DNA of 64,000 bases from Haliotis rubra (Eukaryota). Both the position numbers and the translations under genes were made by a program. The notes beneath the pieces were generated by a model that did not search any database, was not told the DNA's origin, and worked only from the letters and a program-made list of their open reading frames with translations. Of this stretch, positions 49,401 to 62,735 are shown in pieces; position 1 is the first letter of the stretch, and each line of letters opens with the position of its first letter. The stretch spans positions 1-64,000 of the forward strand of contig NW_025765431.1 of assembly GCF_003918875.1 (NCBI RefSeq). The letters are read 5' to 3'.

Positions 49401-51428
49401 TTTCGATTGACTTAGGTATGATTTTGTTTGTTTAACGCCGCCTTTAGCTATATGGTGGAAGTCTGTAAATAATGGAGTCTGGACCAGACACATTAATCAA
49501 CAACATGAGCATCGATCTACGCAATTGGGATACGATGATTTGTGTCAAATATGTGAGCGAGCCTAGTCACCCGAGAGTTTCGAGGACTTCAGTCTTGCCC
49601 CACAACGAGGCACACGTGACACATGTGATCTCACCCAGGGCAAGTGAGTTTGTTCATAAATTGACTCCGGTCACCCAGGAATGAATGGGTACCCGGTGGA
49701 ATAAGTCATATGACTGTAAACCTAATCCGGGGTAATGTCGTACGCCTTGATCATGCACAAGTGCGTGGGAACAGGTGCTTTATGAGGAGCCATTATTATT
49801 ATGTACATAGCCAATGCTGCACAGAGATTCAGCGCTTCGGTTAAAACGAAAAACCCGCCTTCCACACTCACTGTCCTCTATATTGCTCGAACAGTGCCGA
49901 GACGACATTGCACTATTATCAAGGTAAATATGTTGGTAAACAGAGTAGAGAATATAAAGGGTAGTATATTCCACATTGTGCCCTTTGACAGCGCTCATAC
50001 AGTGTCGATGGCCGCAAAATCAACAACGGGGCTTATCAGAACGTGGCAAGCAGCTCCTCTTTATTGATTGTGTAGAACAGGAGCATGCTGTAGCTTAAAT
50101 TCACCTACATGAAACTATCAGGTGTTATAGAGATCACTTACTTCTCTTGTAAGGAGCATTATATAGTACATCAGCTCCCCTAAATCCAGGGTTACAAAGA
50201 CCTTATGCCTTGGCACGTTGTTCGAACCTTCGTTCGTCCGACTGTTACAACACCTGAATGAACAACACTTTCTCAGGAATTTATACCATATCATGAGCTG
50301 TGTGATGTGGTCACAGGTTACTAATCTATTTAAGGATATTGTTCGGACAGCTCAGTTGAAAACTGCAATTTTCATATAAGAACAGCAAAGTTTAATTTAT
50401 TGCGAATATGAGTTCCTGTAACAATGCTGATATCACAATTTCGAAAACTTCTTCTGGAAACCTAAAGGGTAGTGACACAGGAGTGTAACATCCATGGCAA
50501 CCGCCATAGCGCGTATAATTAATGACGGTAAGTAAACTGAATTCCAAAAGAAACGTGGATATTACAATTGTTTGAAAGTATTTGAAATATGAAACATGTT
50601 GAGGCAAAGTGGTATGTGTTCGATGTTCAGATAGGCATTCTGGTCACTGTTCTGATGATACCGAAGTGACTGCTGATGGAGGCCATATTCGACACTGAAA
50701 TGTTCTTTCCCATGACCCATAAGTGACGTTACCAAATGACGATGTCATACTGACAACATCAAGACACAGTTCTGGTTATAAATATGATGTGGTAGTGTGT
50801 GGCCTTGTGCATTGTGCTCAGGTCACAAATCAGTTGAAGTTAAGCAACGCTGGGCGCGGAGAGTTATCGCATGGGTGACCGTGTTTGGCAGCTTGACTCC
50901 TGAGAGTTTCTAGGATTTTAGTCCTGCCCGACATGTGATACATATAGTCTCACCTAAGGCAAGTGAGTTTGTTCAAAATTGCCTCTGTTTACCCAGCAGA
51001 ACATGGGTACTTGGCGGGATATGATATGTGGCTATTAACCTTCTAGCGCCTCACAAACAGCTTGGGTTATCTGGGGTAATAATGATCTGATTGTGCGCTT
51101 TGAGCAGGATGTGAAGCCTGGAAAGGCGCGTTATAAATATTCACCATTATTTATTATTTCAAAAAGCAAACATCAATATCTTCATTCATCACTGTATCAA
51201 AGCTTTACTTTATTCGCGTTCGTTTGGATTCGAGTATATATATATTTCCTCGAGAAGCCTACGCATGTATAATTATGTCATTGAGACATTTACAGTAGCA
51301 ATAACAACTATTAGTCACTTTTGTTAAGTTCACGTTACGGATAAACGATCACTCGTGAAGATATCCAGCTGCACATTTCCCCAGCCATCGTGTTGATGTG
51401 TCGGTCACTTCGACGCCGTGTATATATA

Positions 51429-52400
51429 CTAGCCACATAAAGAAACTGTGCATTATCAAAATATTATCCCAGTTGATAAGTACGATAACAATGTCAAAGG
51501 TACATATAAACTTTAATGGAGGGATCATGAGACCATAACAAGTCGGGATAATTTCAATTGAAAAGTCAATCACAATGACGTCACGAGTCCACAAGCGGGA
51601 CAGGGGTCAAATGACCATGTCACAAGCTCAATAACGGGTATATCCACCATCGGCATTGAGAACAGCAGTGCATCGACGATGCAGAGAGCCTATCAAACGT
51701 GCATGGAAAGCTTGTGGGATGTCACGCCAGATTCTCGCAAGTTCTGTTGCAAGGCCAAGGATGTTATCTGACGTCGTGGTCTGATCCCGTGATGACGTAA
51801 ACGTTGTCGAACTGTGTTGGGGTGGATACGGCGAAGTCCTGGGATGGTTCGGGCAGTCATCACTGCAGTCTGAAACCTGTGGCGAAGGTGGGTCACCCTT
51901 ATCCATCTGTCCTGTCTTGGCGTTGTTACACGTGGACGTCCAGAACGTGGCCGATCGATGACGTCATTGTGTTCTGATAGCGTCTCACCAGTGCAGAAAT
52001 GGTGTTCCGGTGGCAGTGGAAATGTGCAGCCACTTGTCGTTGAGACATTCCCCCACGGACCATCCCAATGGCCTCATGACGTTGTGCAGTCGTGAGCCTT
52101 GGCATGCTATGCGTTTCAATAGCCGTTTAATTTTTTTGAACGATTGCAAGGGCAGGGGTTGAGCTTTCCAAAGTGACGGAATTGTGGCGCATTCATTTGC
52201 TCTGTTTCTCTTTCCCGGAATGCACATGCAACAACGTACTGCACGTCTCAAGGACGAACCCACTGACGTCATGGAACGTGGCACGTGCATGCATGTTGGA
52301 TACATGTCAATAATCTCTGAATTTAAATCCTTATGTGTCTACACAGGTTTGATAAATTTACATTTTAAATTTTTGTATGCACAGTTTCTTTTAGGCCTAG
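51429..52400 (-). mobile_element. Duplicate of the Tc1 deletion derivative (in duplication unit B)
   Basis: Matches 42522-43493 except for 1-nt homopolymer indels. Confidence 0.92.
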
Positions 52401-52540
52401 TATATTTGAAAGAAACTTAAAACAGGACGAGGCCACCCACACATGAAAAATGGATTCGGAAAATGATAAAATACCTTTATTAAGCACTCCTGAGCATTAA
52501 CTAAATTCATTTACAAATGTTTATTTGCACGTCAGCTTCT

Positions 52541-55394
52541 TCAATGCCTAGAAGTTGTACTTGCATAGAAAGCTTCTTTTGGCAATGGACGCAGGTAGAA
52601 ATACAATGGATCCATAATAAATACAGGCAGGACATTTCTGAGGCGAGCCATCGTCTGAAAGGTTAAGACAAGTTTGGATCATGTACATGCATGTGGAAAG
52701 ATATTAAGAAGCATTAAAGGCAAATACAACAAGAAATTATACCGGAGGTTCAGTACGTTTTCCAAATGATGTTTAAATACCAGAATATATTTCACAGATT
52801 TAGTTTTTACATGGTTGATGAGCAATCAAATTTGTCCATATTGAACATATACTTCATACACATTGTTCTTCACTCACACAGTCGCCGTCCACCCTCTGCC
52901 CATCAACAAGGTAGCGACTGTCTGGCCGGCAGCTAAGTATGGCATCTTCAAAGGCATCAAGCATTGGTTGGATGTCCTGGTCGGAAGACCCTGGGCGCAT
53001 TTTTGGCACCCGCATGTATGTGTCCAGATAGTCTTGCCCATACGCTGTCCTTATTTCATCGCTGACATTATCGATCAGCTTCTTGCTCAAAACTTTGTAT
53101 CGTTCAACCTGTTTGGGGGTGAATAAAATGCGAACATATAACTAGTTATCAACATAAACACATAAAGATATTAGCATGCATTTACCTGATGAAGGGGCAA
53201 GAAGTAGCCCAGAAACGGCGTGTTGTAAATAATGAAGAAGTTGTAAATCAACACCGCACGTTGTTATGTTACTCTTAAATGCCCATCAAACATGTATTGT
53301 TTGAAAGAATTCATGCCAAATCAAACTATATAGGAAGCGTAAACACCAGAGAATAACCATTCTCGAATTTCTGCCAATTCCATTTGACGTTATTGGCAAA
53401 TTGGAGAGGGGGAAAATGATAGGAATAGATAACAACAGGTGTTCAATAAAGATATGGAACATATTCTATTGTAAATACATAGCATAGCAAAGAACCAACA
53501 ACCGTACGTTTTCTTCATTGAATAAACCAGTGTTGAGCCCAAACATTCCGGGTTCCACGTGAATGACCTTGACTCCAAACCTCCTCATCTCTAGCCTAAG
53601 ACAGTCGGTAAAACCCTCAAGACCAAATTTACTCATGACATAGCCGGAATCCCCACAGAAGGCTTGTAATCCTCGGACGCTTGTGACGTTAATAACTCTG
53701 CCTAAAACACAAACGTCATATGTTGGTAATCATTAATATGTGACTATCTGCATATCAATGGGCATTTTCAAAGAATAAATAAAATAAATCTTCAAAGTTG
53801 CTCTCATATCCACAACTGAAAACAAGCAAACGTAGCTCACCTTTACATTTTCTAACAACTGACAGAAAGACTTTACACATTCGTACAGCCCAAAATATGT
53901 TGACGTCTGCAGTTCAAGCAAACGTAGCTCACCTTTACATTTTCTAACAACTGACAGAAAGACTTTACACATTCGTACAACCCCAAATAAGTTAACTTCT
54001 GCAATTCTCTTATACGCTTCCATGGTCTGTATCTCCACATCGCCTTTGCAGATTATCCCAGCATTGTTTACCAAGGTCCACAAGCCTGAAAAATTAAACA
54101 CAGCATCACAATGACTACAAAGGTGATATTTTATTTGTCCTCTTCAAAATGTTCATTTCAAAGGTTTGGATGTGAACGACAAAATGCGTGGTGTACCAGA
54201 TTATCATTTGGTGTCGAATGTAACAACTCGGCCAATATGCGAGGCAAAGTGGTTTGAACAAAAGTGATACATTCTTTTATGTACTGAATTGTTACAAAGA
54301 AAACGTTACGAACTTTGTAAACCAATTCAGCCATGGTATAATAGTAAGGTACGTTTCGATGAAGGTTGCGTTTCTGTTATTCATGTGCGTGCTGCAAAAA
54401 GCTAGATATGCCATAATCCGAAACGACGCGAACATTTCAATTCATCTACAATGATGTCTTCGAATTCATCCCAGAAATGCCCTAATGTACCTTCTTTAAA
54501 ACATATGGGCTTGATCTGTTCAAGGCAGGCAAGAACGCTCGCATCCGAACTGACATCCAGCTGTAAAACACGCATATTCTTGCTTCCATCTTTCTTCAAT
54601 AGTTTTGCTCCTTCACTTTGTTCAGAAAGGCATGTAGCAAATACCTTTAAACCTTTGCTATCAAGGAGTCGAGCAAGACTATTTCCAAAACCTGAAACGA
54701 GAAAACGTTCATGTAAAATCTCTATGCAATGACGCTGATAGATTACTATGTACGTGCTCAGCCGGTGACTACGCCGACACACCATGTAACAACCGAATGA
54801 TCAAGCTCATACAGTATAGATAAGATTAAATTGGAAGATATATTTTCACTGTCATCAATTTGTTCATCTTCCTCTCTTTCAGAGTCTTGGTCATCGCTCT
54901 CACGTGTTTAGTAATGGTCATCACTCTCACGTTTATTAATTGTCATCACTCTCAAATCATCAATTGTCATCAGTCACATTTGTGTTTATTTGGCCATCAC
55001 TCTCACGTTTATTAATCGTCATCATTTTCACATATTTACTAGTCATCACTCTGAAATATTTATCATCTCTTTTAATCGGCTTCAGTCTCTTATGTTCATG
55101 AATGGTCATCACGGTTAGAAGTTTATTAACAGTTATAATCCTATCGTTATGTGAGGTCTTTACAAACTAAACCTTACCTGTGTCACAACCTGTAATGAGT
55201 ACATATTTCCCTTGTGCATCAATCCTTCTTGCTCTTGCTCTTCGAATTAGCCAGTAGCATACAAAAATGCTTCCGGTGAGAAGAAAACTAGGAATAGTCA
55301 GTCCACATGGTGACACGTACATCAGACAAAGGGCTGACACACAGAAAAGCAGCTCGGTGGTGCCGAGACCAACCATTTCAACACAGCGGGTCAT
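52541..55394 (-). CDS. SDR6: recent duplicate of SDR5, intact; exons 55178-55394, 54491-54691, 53933-54085, 53508-53701, 52878-53108, 52541-52654
   Basis: Near-identical to SDR5; amino-acid differences are in exon 1 and at KVFLSVVRK (vs KAFLPLVRK) in exon 3. Confidence 0.88.
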
Positions 55395-57647
55395 CTTTAA
55401 ACAGAAAGGGGCCAGTATTATTCTTAATGAAATCCTATATCCCTCTTTGACAATATTTTGTTCATTTCCACAATCCTTTTCAATTAAAAGTTGTGTTATG
55501 TCAATGAGGAATATATGGACAATTCGTGTCAGGAAACGGGTTCATGTCAATGTCCTCATATCTGTCTCAACCTATTACTTATGAAGCAGAATTATTGCAA
55601 TTTACCTGTTTCAACAATGAAGAGGGAAAAGCTGGTTCATCGACGATGAATTTGTAATGAATTGAAAACATTCGACTCAGCACAACTTCACGTCACCTGT
55701 GCTATTTTCGTATAACACTATCACTCGCTAGATAAAACAACAAATGCACAGTTTATTCTCCTTAATAGTTCGAAATTTGGAAGTAAATGTGTGACAGTTA
55801 AGGACGCAACTCGGGCATGCAACTTTAATTTTAAGTTGATATCAGATGGTTGTTTTTTGTAAATATTACAGAAACTTTACAAAACACTTGAAAGAAGACT
55901 CACCTCGACATTCAACAATCGTAATCAGTAACCGTTGACCTGCCAGATTAAAACCACCACGTACACCTCTATTAATAGCCGTTGACCTACGCATCTTAGC
56001 GGTCCGGGTCGGTGGGACAGTATTATGATCAAATAGTTCGCTCGTCACACCGAAGAGCGAAGGTTCGATCACCCACATGGGTGTTTAGTTATAATGACTC
56101 TACATATGTGTCAGCCGGAGAGCGGATGGTCGCGAGTTCAATCCCCGACCGCGTCATACCAAAAGATGTTAAAATGTGGTACTTTTTGGTCCCTGCCTGG
56201 CGCTCGGCATTAATGGGTACAACAAGGACTGGTCGGCTCGGAGTCAGTGTAATGTGTCTGAGTGGGGTATTCATGCTTCACTGCGGCGTGGTATCTCAGT
56301 GGGCTAGCACTATAAAACCAGCTTAAGTCTGGGCTAGTACAAGCAGCCGCACATACACATACACACGCATGCACATCGTCATATGAGCGAAATATTCTCA
56401 AGCACGACGTTAAACCCAATTTCACCTTACCTCACATATGTGTCAATAATTAAAAGGGGTGTTATAGTAGCTAACTGGTTAAATCGTTTGTTTGTCACGC
56501 CGAAGGTCCGGATTCGATTCCCCTCATGGATACAACACGTGGTGCTCATTTCGGTGTTCCCCGTTGTGATATTGCTAAAAGCGGCATCAAACCACATCCA
56601 CTCACTCTTAGCATCCCATTAGTATTAGACTCCACCCGGCATATTTCGTTAGCTATAGATATACCTCGCACACCAAAAACGTAGTTCACTGTAACCCGCT
56701 AGTGGAACAAGAAGGTTAAGCAACGTGGCCACCTACCTTGAGTGAGCGAGTGAGTGAGTTTTTACGCCACGTTTAGCAATATTCCAGCAATATCACAGCG
56801 GGGGACACCAGAAATGGGCTTCACACATTGTACACATGTGGGGAATCGAACCCGGGCCTTAAGTCTGACGAGCAAACGCTTTATCCTCTAGGCTACCCAC
56901 CGCCCCCGACATCACGAAATGTCGTACTGGTAAATACCATCGGGTATACAGCTTGTTACTTAGCAACATTTAAGACGTAAACAAGACCCCCAGACAGGGT
57001 TGTATGTTGAAAAGGCAGTCTATGGCTTCTAAAAGCACATTTGATATATGATCAATCAGTGCATTCGCATGCGGTGTCTATGAGGCGGGACTACGATGAT
57101 AATGCATGTATATTCAATTCATAATTTGAGTATGGTTTTAAGCCGCTTCTAGCAATATTCCAGCAACATCACAGCGGGAGGACACCAGAGATGGTCTTCA
57201 CACAATGTACCCATGTCGAAGGGCCTTCGGCGTCACGAGCAAACATCACAGTCACTGGGCTACCCCACCAGCCCTCATATTTGGAGAAATTGGAACCAAG
57301 TAGTAACAAATCCATGTTACCAAACAGTGTTTTAGATGATATGATCGACACATGAATTAGTGAAACTTATCACAAGGATGCCAAAATGACAGAGATGAGT
57401 CGCAGGAAATGATCTTCAGGAGTTGACATTGTGGACAAACAAGTAAATATTTATATTATCGTAATAAACAGCAACTCACCCCCACCTGTACAATCCGTTT
57501 AGAATATACAAACACAACATTGCCACGTGTAAGCGTTCTTCTACACGCGTTTCAATGATTTTAATATACCTGTATAATGTGCTACAGTACCGCATGGCGA
57601 ACGATGCATTCATGTGTCTACTCATCAATATGAACTTTGCTCAGTCC

Positions 57648-57649
<2 letters not shown>

Positions 57650-57682
<33 letters not shown>
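57650..57682. repeat. (AT)n microsatellite
   Basis: About 16 AT units; only about 4 at the paralogous site near 48713. Confidence 0.9.
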
Positions 57683-57684
<2 letters not shown>

Positions 57685-60178
57685 AGTTTTGATATATTTA
57701 ACACAACTAATCATAGTGCTTATTTTGTGAACTGAAATTGCATATGTCTGCCAGATGTCGAAACCTCAATGAGAAATACATACTCTGATACAAGCAATCC
57801 TATTAAGCACATTGTTTTTGGGCAAAATGTATCACTTTTTAATCATTGTTATACGGTAGAGCCAATAGGCACAAAGGCAGTTTCCACCTACTACCACATT
57901 GGTGCTGTTATTTGACTACGGGTACTCGTTTGTACAAGGCTTATTCGAGGAAATGCTGGAATACAGGTTTGGCCTCTGAGCGTGAGTGAGTGAGTGGATT
58001 GGATTTTACGCCACAGCAATATCTGTATACTGGGGTATCACATTGTACCCATGAGGGGAATCGAACCGGGTCTTCGGCGGAACGCATGTAACATAACAGT
58101 GCTGTCGATGGCATTTATTTAGGACTTGTCTATGTAGTTTTTCGGTTAACTTAGGTATGATTTTGTTTGTTTAACGCCGCACTTAGCTATATGGTGGAAG
58201 TCTGTAAATAATGGAGTCTGGACCAGGCACAGTAATCAACAACATGAGCATCGATCTACGCAATTGGGATACGATGATTTGTGTCAAATATGTGAGCGAG
58301 CCTAGTCACCCGAGAGTTTCTAGGACTTCAGTCCTGTCCCACAACGAGGCACACGTGACACATGTTATCTCACCCAAGGCAAGTGAGTTTGTTCATAAAT
58401 TGACTCCGTTCACCCAGCAATGAATGGGTACCCGGTGGAATAAGTCATATGACTGTAAACCTTATCAGGGGTAATGTCGAACGCCTTGATCATGCACAAG
58501 TGCGTGGGAACAGGTGCTTTATGGAGCCAATGATGCACAGAGATTCAGGGCTTCGGTTGAAACAAAAACCCGCCTTCGACACTCACTGTCCTCTGTATTG
58601 CTCGAACAGTGCCGAGACGACATTGCACTATTATCAAGGTAAATATGTTGGTAAACAGAGTAGAGAATATAAAGGGTACAATATTCTACAGTGTGCCCTT
58701 TGACAGCGCTCATACAGTGTCGATGGCCGCAAAATCAACAACGGGGCTTATCAGAACGTGACAAGCAGCTCCTCGTTATTGATTGTGTAGAACAGGAGCA
58801 TGTTGTAGCTTAAATTCACCTACATGAAACTATCAGGTGTTATAGAGATCACTTACTTCTCTTGTAAGGAGCATTATATAGTACATCGTACAGTATAAGT
58901 AACGCATAAGCGGCCGTTGTCCCCGTGGGAAATAGACAGTGTGTTATTGGGCACAATCCGTCTTTAAAAACGATCAAAACCAACACTGGCCACATTACGC
59001 AGACATTTTGTCCGACCGATCCCAATGCATAACATTATTTGGCTTTAACGCTGCTTTGAACAGGATTCGGGGCTGTGGGTTAGCCTAGTGGATAAAGCGG
59101 TCGCTCATTACGCCGAAGACCGGATTTCAATTCCTCATATCGGTACAAAGAGTGAAGCCCATTTCCGGTTGCCACCAAGCCGCAAGATTGCTGAAATATT
59201 GCTAAAATCGCGTAAATTCGTACTCACTCACTCATTAAACAGGATTCTAGTTACATCCCGACGTGTCGGTTTAATGCGCGCGGAAAGATAGACATTATAC
59301 AGTTTATGCAGAGGTTTGTCATGTGCATGGTGCTAACAAACCCATAACCGGGGATAGAACAAGCATTGGTTTCTGGCGTGCCTAAGGGATGCAACTCTGC
59401 ACAGCGATTTTCTGTACGAGTGAGTATGAATTTACGCCGCGCAATATTCCATCAATATCACGGCGGGGCACACCAGAAATGGCCTTCACACATTGTAACC
59501 ATGTGGGGAATCGAACCCGGGTTTTCGACTCGACGAGCGAACGCTTTAACCATTAGGCTACCCCACCGCTCCTTTTCGGTACGAAAGAAGGAACACATCA
59601 CACAGACATATAAAGTCGTTTAAGTAGGTGTATAAAACATAGATATATCCAGCAGTTCATACACAGATTTCAAGCATTCACACATTAAGATTATGAGAAA
59701 AAGGAGAATATTTCATAACGTTTATTACCTAAAGCCGTTGATCTTTAATGTACAATACTGTTAATTCATTATTTACACACCCATCAAACATAACAAGTCC
59801 ACAGTTAAAACAGAGGAAAAAAACATGTACCTAAAATACATAAAGGAAAACACATATATATTGAAACTTAAACGGTGCCTTCGTCTCTTTAACCAACTGA
59901 TGTCTTCAGTAGTCACTTCCAGTGATGGAACAGCTCCAAGATAGAACAGGTTTCACACACTGTATTGTGGTAAATAGACGACACATATTTGGTCAGGTAG
60001 TCATTTACTTGATTATTTACAATCCGCTGTTTTATAGCTGGAATATTTCTGAATACCTGTTATGATATTCATCATACTGTAGACATGTTTCAACCTGAGA
60101 ACAGTTCAAGCAATATTATGCATTAAGAAACATATCAGCGTCTTCGTACTGACCTCATCCTCAGCGTGTAGTGAACAG

Positions 60179-60271
60179 GGCCTAGATTTTCGAAGCTCTC
60201 TTAGCGCTAAGGTAGTCGTAAATGGCACTTACAACTATCTTAGCGCTAAGAGAGCTTCGAAAATCTGGGCC
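60179..60271. mobile_element. 93-bp palindromic MITE (PIF/Harbinger-like, 3-bp TSD)
   Basis: cag|GGCCTAGATTTTCGAAGCTCTCTTAGCGCTAAG...CTTAGCGCTAAGAGAGCTTCGAAAATCTGGGCC|cag. Confidence 0.8.
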
Positions 60272-60650
60272 CAGGTCAGTGAAAGGAACAGTTTTATCAG
60301 TTGACCACGCTCAGTATCAATGTAATCAGGTTCCAGGTCACGTTAGGTTAAGCCGCGTCTTCCCGCACAATACATTACAATCCTTGTAGATTGTATCAAC
60401 ATAGACTCCTTGTTGAAATGCTGTTTGCGAAAAATCTAAGATGACACCTGTTGTCAGTGTAATGGGATGAGATACCCAGCGGTGAACATGAGTCATGTTA
60501 GGACGACACCTGTGACATGCGTGTGAGTAATACCACCAGGACACCGTTAACATGGACATCAGGAATACCACGGTGAGACGTCACCTGTACATGTCACGTG
60601 TATATGTGTAACACCGAAATGAACCTTTAATATGGACACATGGGTATTTC

Positions 60651-61030
60651 CAGGAGGAGATATATCAACTGGTCAGGAGGAGACGTCACCTGGACCGGAG
60701 TATTGCCAGGAGGAGACGTCACCTGGACAGGAGCATTGTCAGGATGAGACGCATCACCTGGACAGTATTGTCAGGAGGAGACGTCACCTGGACAGGTATT
60801 GTCAGGAGGAGACGTCACCTGGACAGGAGCATTGTCAGGAGGAGACGTCACCTGGACAGGAGTATTGTCAGGAGGAGACGTCACCTGGACAGGAGCATTG
60901 TCAGGAGGAGACGTCACCTGGACAGGAGCATTGTCAGGAGACGAGACAGGAGCATTGTCAGGAGGAGACGTCACCTGGACAGGAGTATTGTCAGGAGGAG
61001 ACACATCACCTGGTCGGGAATATTGTCAGG
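60651..61030. repeat. 33-bp minisatellite (~11 units) directly after the Ly6-like stop codon
   Basis: ttgtcaggaggagacgtcacctggacaggag(c/t)a repeated; this accounts for the repetitive ORFs in several frames. Confidence 0.93.
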
Positions 61031-61040
61031 TTACGTCCTG

Positions 61041-62735
61041 TCACCTGAGCCCCATTAAAGCCAGCATGACACATAACGTGATGATTGTCCCTGCAGGACA
61101 GAAGGGTTGGTTTGAGTTAGGCACTGAGTTACATCCATCTGTGTCGCATGTTTCGTAGCAGACTTCCGTCTTCTGGTTCTCCATCAGCTGGCTCCTGCAG
61201 ATGCTGTGCATGTCCACGTAGCTGCAGTCGCGGAACACAACACGACCTGTTGGAGAAAACGTGGACTTCAGATTGCAATGGAATATACGTGTACAGAAGC
61301 TGATCATAGTCAAGGGATTGAGTTTCGGTTTAACGACGCTTTGAACAATATTTCAGTTATACCAGGGTCAGCTATATGAAGGATAAGGTGATCCAGATGT
61401 TAGACGTGTACAACTTTCATGAAAATGGGAACCACGGCTATAGTAAATATAACAGGTCGAACTGGGATTCAACTAAGTACCATTGGTTTCTGCCACGCCT
61501 AAGACCCGCATCACTGCAGGGCGAATTACATCGCCTCAGACGACAGCGACAGCCGGGCCCCGGATTTGGGCTGAAGCATTTTTCAGTTACGGCACTGCAC
61601 TTAACCAAATGACAAAGTAAAGTCTAAATGCATCAGAGTGCTGTCGTTTACCATGAAACCCGGGCGAATGGGTAGGGTGTAGACGAATGACTGGTTATAA
61701 TCGAGGCGATTCTAGGATTCGACTTCGAAACAAGCTCTACACATAAATGCGGGCCTTATTACTTAAGTCACTTAGACCCTACAACATCTGCACACTGGAT
61801 GATTTAACAATGACAATTTATCACAGTAAAACACATTTATCTAACACATGTTATAGATGGGATTACACTGTCTCAGTAAAGTACAGATTCTGGTACTTCA
61901 GTTTAATTGAGTACCATTCGGGATTCGAACACACACCCTCAGAGTCCGACACCTAATCGCCAGCACACAAAGTCACATATGGAAGCCGCGGTGAATGAGT
62001 GGGTTTGCGGCTAAATTTGACCACTTTCTATTGTCAGGACAATCATTGTGTATTCATAACACATTTATCATCCAAGTGGGTTATATGCCTGCAGAGGTGA
62101 GGTGAGGTGAAATTGGGTTTTACGTCGTGCTTGAGAATATTTCGCTCATATGACGACGTGCATGCGTGTGTATGTGCGGCTGCTTGTACTAGCCCAGACT
62201 TAAGCTGGTTTTATAGTGCTAGCCCACTGAGATACCATGCCGCAGTGAAGCATGAATACCCCACTCAGACACATTATACTGACACCGAGCCGACCAGTCC
62301 TTGTTGTACCCATTAATGCCGAGCGCCAGGCAGGGACCAACAAGTACCATATTTTAACGTCTTTAGGGATGACGTGGTCGGGGATCGAACCCGCTACCTT
62401 CCGCTCTCCGGGTGGACGCTCTAACCACTACACCACGGAGGCGGTTTATATGCCTTCAGACCCCACACATAGCTACGCATACCAGTTGTAAACAATACTC
62501 TCTGAATATACCTCGCATTACTTCGTGACATGGAAACAGACTCTTATAACACCTGACACTACAGACATGGAGATGACCCGGTTGCTGTACAGCCTACCTG
62601 TTCTGATAGTGCCCGAGTAAGTCACACAAAACTGGGCTCCTTGATATAGTCCCATGCAGTCTGTCGGCTCGACTCTCCCGTTCGCACAGGGTCGGGTGTG
62701 GATTGATGTGCACTGGGCACACTTTAGGCTCAGCA
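61041..62735 (-). CDS. Ly6/three-finger (quiver/sleepless-like) predicted GPI-anchored protein, 5'-partial; exons 62598-62735, 61041-61246
   Basis: Spliced product LSLKCAQCTS...C...C...FCVTYSG...RDCS...IC...VCYETCDTDGCN has 10 Cys ending in the CN motif, followed by a hydrophobic C-terminal tail. The signal-peptide exon was not confidently located; ~63606-63680 is a possibility. Confidence 0.82.
62095..62445 (-). mobile_element. tRNA-derived SINE family C (~340 bp, Meta/MESC-like central domain)
   Basis: tRNA-like head, aaagacgttaaaatatggtacttgttggtccctgcctggcgctcggcattaa core, (CACCT)n tail. Plus-strand copies at ~47185-47517 and ~56110-56435. Confidence 0.82.

Larger units (their letters stand above)
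41267..58885. repeat. Tandem segmental duplication: unit A 41267-50170, unit B 50171-58885
   Basis: tcagctcccctaaatcc starts at both 41267 and 50171; ...gcattatatagtaca ends at both 50170 and 58885; 2-bp (TC) microhomology at the junction. Confidence 0.93.

Noticed and set aside
60632-61158. Repetitive ORFs (CQEETSPGQEH, RRRRHLDRSIV, etc.) as proteins
   Set aside because: A by-product of a 33-bp (multiple of 3) minisatellite that is open in several frames on both strands.
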